Assembly: GCA_963790585.1 (NCBI GenBank)
Contig: CAWBOY010000004.1
Location: 108,423-172,422 of the forward strand
Source of the DNA: an uncultured Planctomycetaceae bacterium
GTDB lineage: Bacteria; Planctomycetota; Planctomycetia; Gemmatales; Gemmataceae
DNA: 64,000 nt
Direction: 5' to 3'
Shown here in pieces: positions 60,777-64,000 of this stretch. Made by a program: the position numbers and the translations under genes. Every line of letters starts with the position of its first letter. Within the stretch, counting starts at the first letter, position 1. The notes below the pieces were generated by a model. That model did no database searches. It was not told the DNA's origin and saw only the letters and a program-made list of their open reading frames with translations.

Positions 60777-63700
60777 ATGTCAAACGCGATTACTCTGCCG
60801 GCCACGCTGCGCGGCCAACTGGACGCGGCCGCGCGTCGAGTCCGCCTGCTTCAGACGGTGCGCGGCCTCGGGCTTCTCATGGTCGTCCTGACGGCGACCG
60901 CCGGGCTCGCTCTTTTGATCGATTGGCTTACCCCCCTTTCCAGCTTCACGCGCCTGGCGGCTTTTAGCCTCTGGGTCGGTCTTGGATTATTTACGCTGAC
61001 CTTCAAACTAGTCCTGCCGCTCGCGCAGGCGCGTCGAGCCCGCCGCCCTCGCCGCCGTCATCGAAAAACATTACCCACATCTTGGCGAGCGACTGACCAG
61101 CGCGGTCGAGCTGTCCGGCCAGTCGTCCGGAATGCACGGCTCGCCGCTGTTGATCCAGCTTTTGATGAACGACACAGTCGGTCGGGCCGGTCATCTCGAC
61201 GTTCGCCCGGCACTGCCGGCGCGGCGCGCCACCTGGACGGCTTTGGCCGGGTGCGCGTCGCTGTTGCTCCTTTTGTTGCCCGCCGTCGCCTGGCCAAGCA
61301 CGTTCGGCGATCTGGCGCAACGCTTTTTCCTTCCTTGGAACGTCGCCAAAGAGAACCCCGGATTTTCAATCGAAGTGACGCCAGGAACCGTCCACGCGGC
61401 TTTGGGTCGACCGCTCACGATCACGGCGCTCATCAACCGCGACAGCAGCTCGGCTCAAACACCGGCGAGTGCTACCTTGATCGTCACCGACGTTGCGGGC
61501 GTCAGCACACGCAAACGGATGATCGTCCTCGACGAGCACACCTTCCGTCTCGAAATTCCAATCAATGGTGACGTCAGCTATCGCGTCGAAGCCGGCGTTG
61601 GCGTGAGCGACACCTATCGGGTGAGCGCTGTTACCGCTCCAGGTTTGGCGACAGATAGCCCGCGCGTCTCGATCGAGAGGCCGATTTACGCCCGCGCTAA
61701 AGACGAAGCACCCGAAGTTCGCACCGGCATCGTCGACATGCAAGGCGCTCCAACACGGAACCGTGACATTCAACTTCCAGTTCGACCCCGCCGTGAAGAC
61801 GAAGGCAACGCTGGAATGGCTGCCGACAGCCTTGAAGGCGAGCGAAAACGGCAAAAAGGCTGCGCCGATTCGCCATGAACTCGCTTTGGCGGACGAAGGC
61901 AAGGCGGCTCAGTTTCAATTAATCGCCATTGAAGATGGCTCTTGGAGCCTGCTGCTCGAAGGGGAACAAGGCATCACGACGAAGATCGAAGGATCCCAGC
62001 TCAGCATCGTCCGTGACATGCCGCCTGAATTTGTTCGCGAGGAAAATCGCTTGATGGATAAGGGCGACGTCGTCGTCACGCCGACCGAGCGTGTCCCGCT
62101 CCGCTTCAGGGCCCGCGATGACATCGCCGTCCAGAAGGCGACGCTTATCTATCAAGTCGTCCGCGACAGCCAACCGTTGACGGCTGAACCGCTGGAACAG
62201 GTCCTCGAAATTAAGGGAGCGGGAACACCAGAGGCGGTCAGCGAGGCGCTGTTCGGCCTGTCGGGAAAAGCGAAGGAGGGCGATCAGGTCCTCTATCGTG
62301 TGCGCGTCGAAGACAATCGTCCCGTGGAGTTCGGCGGGCCGCAAAGCGTCACATTTCCCGAAGCCGGCCGGTGGATGAAGCTGAGCATTAAACAGCAAGC
62401 GGAGCCGCTCAATCAGCAAGACATCCTGGCCCAGGGCAAAGACATCGCCGATCGATTGGAGTGGATTCGTGAGGAACTGCGCCAGGAGCTCCGCGGCGTT
62501 TACAACGTCAAGTCAGACGCTCAGGACAAACCCCAGCTAACCGCGGAGCAGAACGAGAAACTGCGTGGCCTGCAGAAACAGAACCGCGCCATCGAAAAGG
62601 CGCTGCGCGACATCCACAAAGATTACGAAGCCACGCCGGCCCTGCTGCCGCTAGTCGAGAAGGTCCGCGACCTGGCCGATCGAGAGATGCGAGCGGCCGA
62701 GCAAGAGCTAAAGAATGGCGGGCGGACGCCACAAGCCGCGAAGACCAGGGACGCTCATCTGCTCAAAGCGGAGCAGAACCTCGAAGAAGCCTTACGCAAA
62801 CTCGACGCGCTTCGGCGTGAAAACGACAAGGTGACGCAACAACGGCTCGATCAGGCCAAAGTCGAAGCCCTCGCGGAGAAGCAAAAGGACCTCGCCGACA
62901 AGGCCCAAGATCTCGCCAACAATGCGAACAAACAAGATCTGGAACAGCTCAAAAAAGAGCAAGCCGACGCCGCCGCGGCGCTGCAGAAGTTGACCGAGCA
63001 AGACTCGATCAAGAAAGCAATTGAGGAAGCCCGGGCCGAAGAAGCTCGTCAGCTGGCCGACAAGGCGAAAGACCTGGCCCAGGACCAGCGCGATCTCGCC
63101 AAGGCGATGGCCGACGCCGAGAAAGCCCGCCAGATCGAAAAATTAGCTGACCTTGCCAAGAGGCAAGAAAAGCTCGCCGAGGAAACCGCCAAGCTCGCCC
63201 AAGAGACGAAACAGCCGACCAAAACGGCCCGCACCGAGCCGCTCAAACCGGAGCAAGCCGAGCAGGCCGCCAAGGCGCTCAAAGAAGGCGACGCCAACGA
63301 GGCGCTGAAAAAGCAGGAGCAGGCCGAGAACGAATTGAAGCGCGTCGCCGACGCTCTCGATCGCGCGCTCAACCTGGCCCGTGATCCGCGCGAAGCCGCC
63401 AGTCAACTGGCCCAGTTGCAGGGCGACCTGAAGAACCGTCTCCAAAACGAGATCGACAAGAAAAATGCCGACCGGCCCTTGGCTGAGCGCCTGCAAGACG
63501 TCCAACGTGAGCAGAAAGCGATTCAACAAGCTGCCGATCGTCTGTCGGTGCCGCCGGAATTGAAACAGGCCCAATCTCTCAAAGAAGAGGCGGCCAAGCA
63601 CGCCCGCGAAGCCGCCGCCGCGCTGTCCAAGCTGGGAAATGCTCCGAACGATGTGAATAAGGCCAAGGCCGAGATGGAGGCCGCCCGCAATAACCTCGAT

Positions 63701-64000
63701 AACCTGGCGAAACAGCTGCCGACGCTCGAACAGCGGACGCAGAAGGCGCTGGCCGAAATCGCCCAGCTCAAGGACAAGCAGGACCAGGTCCGTGCCGATG
63801 TGGAAAAGGCCGTCGACGAAGCGAAGAACAACCAAGATAAGACGAAGGCCAAGGAGCTAGACCGCAAGCTGACCGAAGCCTCGCGCCGCCAGGCCGAGAA
63901 TGCGGAACGCTTGAGCAAGCTCGATGTGCCTCGTCATGAAGACCGCCAAGAGCGAGCGGTGCAGGCGCAAAATCGCGCTTTGGCCGATCTGCTCGATGGC
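60777..64000 (+). CDS. Large membrane-anchored coiled-coil protein (more than 1070 aa, running off the window) with two N-terminal TM helices. Frameshifts occur near 61040 and 61740.
   Basis: There is a continuous stop-free reading frame from 61742 to the window end (KALQHGTVTFNF...KAEQNLEEALRKLDALRREN...), rich in Lys/Glu/Ala/Gln heptads. The upstream segments are in the other two frames. Confidence 0.5.

Overview
This is a high-GC window (probably Planctomycetes-like) that mixes core genes with a visibly AT-richer accessory stretch at about 23.1-40.7 kb and a prophage-like remnant at about 50.4-55.6 kb.

Core content:
- a DtxR-family metal-dependent repressor and an alpha/beta hydrolase
- two putative outer-membrane beta-barrel proteins
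- a giant secreted adhesin-like protein with an embedded cyclophilin domain and five to six tandem Thr-rich repeats of about 90 aa
- an FHA/zinc-ribbon Ser/Thr kinase
- an RTX-like protein with two GlcG/DUF336 domains
- a multiheme cytochrome c (ten or more CXXCH motifs) fused to an LVIVD beta-propeller
- a Cys-based protein phosphatase and an ArfB-like GGQ peptidyl-tRNA hydrolase
- two HlyD/MFP adaptor genes and a full RND efflux pump
- TauD/TfdA dioxygenase, PfkB sugar kinase, TatC and a class IV aminotransferase

Accessory content:
- a GAF-domain histidine kinase with a single-domain receiver
- several hypothetical proteins
- an IS4-family element (1456 bp, 14-bp terminal inverted repeats, 10-bp target-site duplication) inserted into one copy of a multi-copy repeat element carrying a promoter-like sequence and a hairpin
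- a flotillin/SPFH (YqiK-like) gene flanked by those repeat elements
- a 744-aa protein with an Abi-type HEPN-like Rx4H motif
- a YhcG/DUF1016 PDDEXK nuclease gene split by an ISAs1 element (19-bp inverted repeats, 8-9 bp target-site duplication)
- a DUF433 antitoxin-like gene with a truncated DUF5615 partner
- a SpoOM-like protein
- a RAYT/IS200-like TnpA with REP hairpins, a phage terminase large subunit and an AAA_25 ATPase

Several GC-rich nested-palindrome repeat families recur in intergenic regions. At least eleven apparent frameshifts split otherwise clearly homologous genes, which suggests indel-type assembly errors rather than widespread pseudogenes. No rRNA, tRNA or CRISPR was found.
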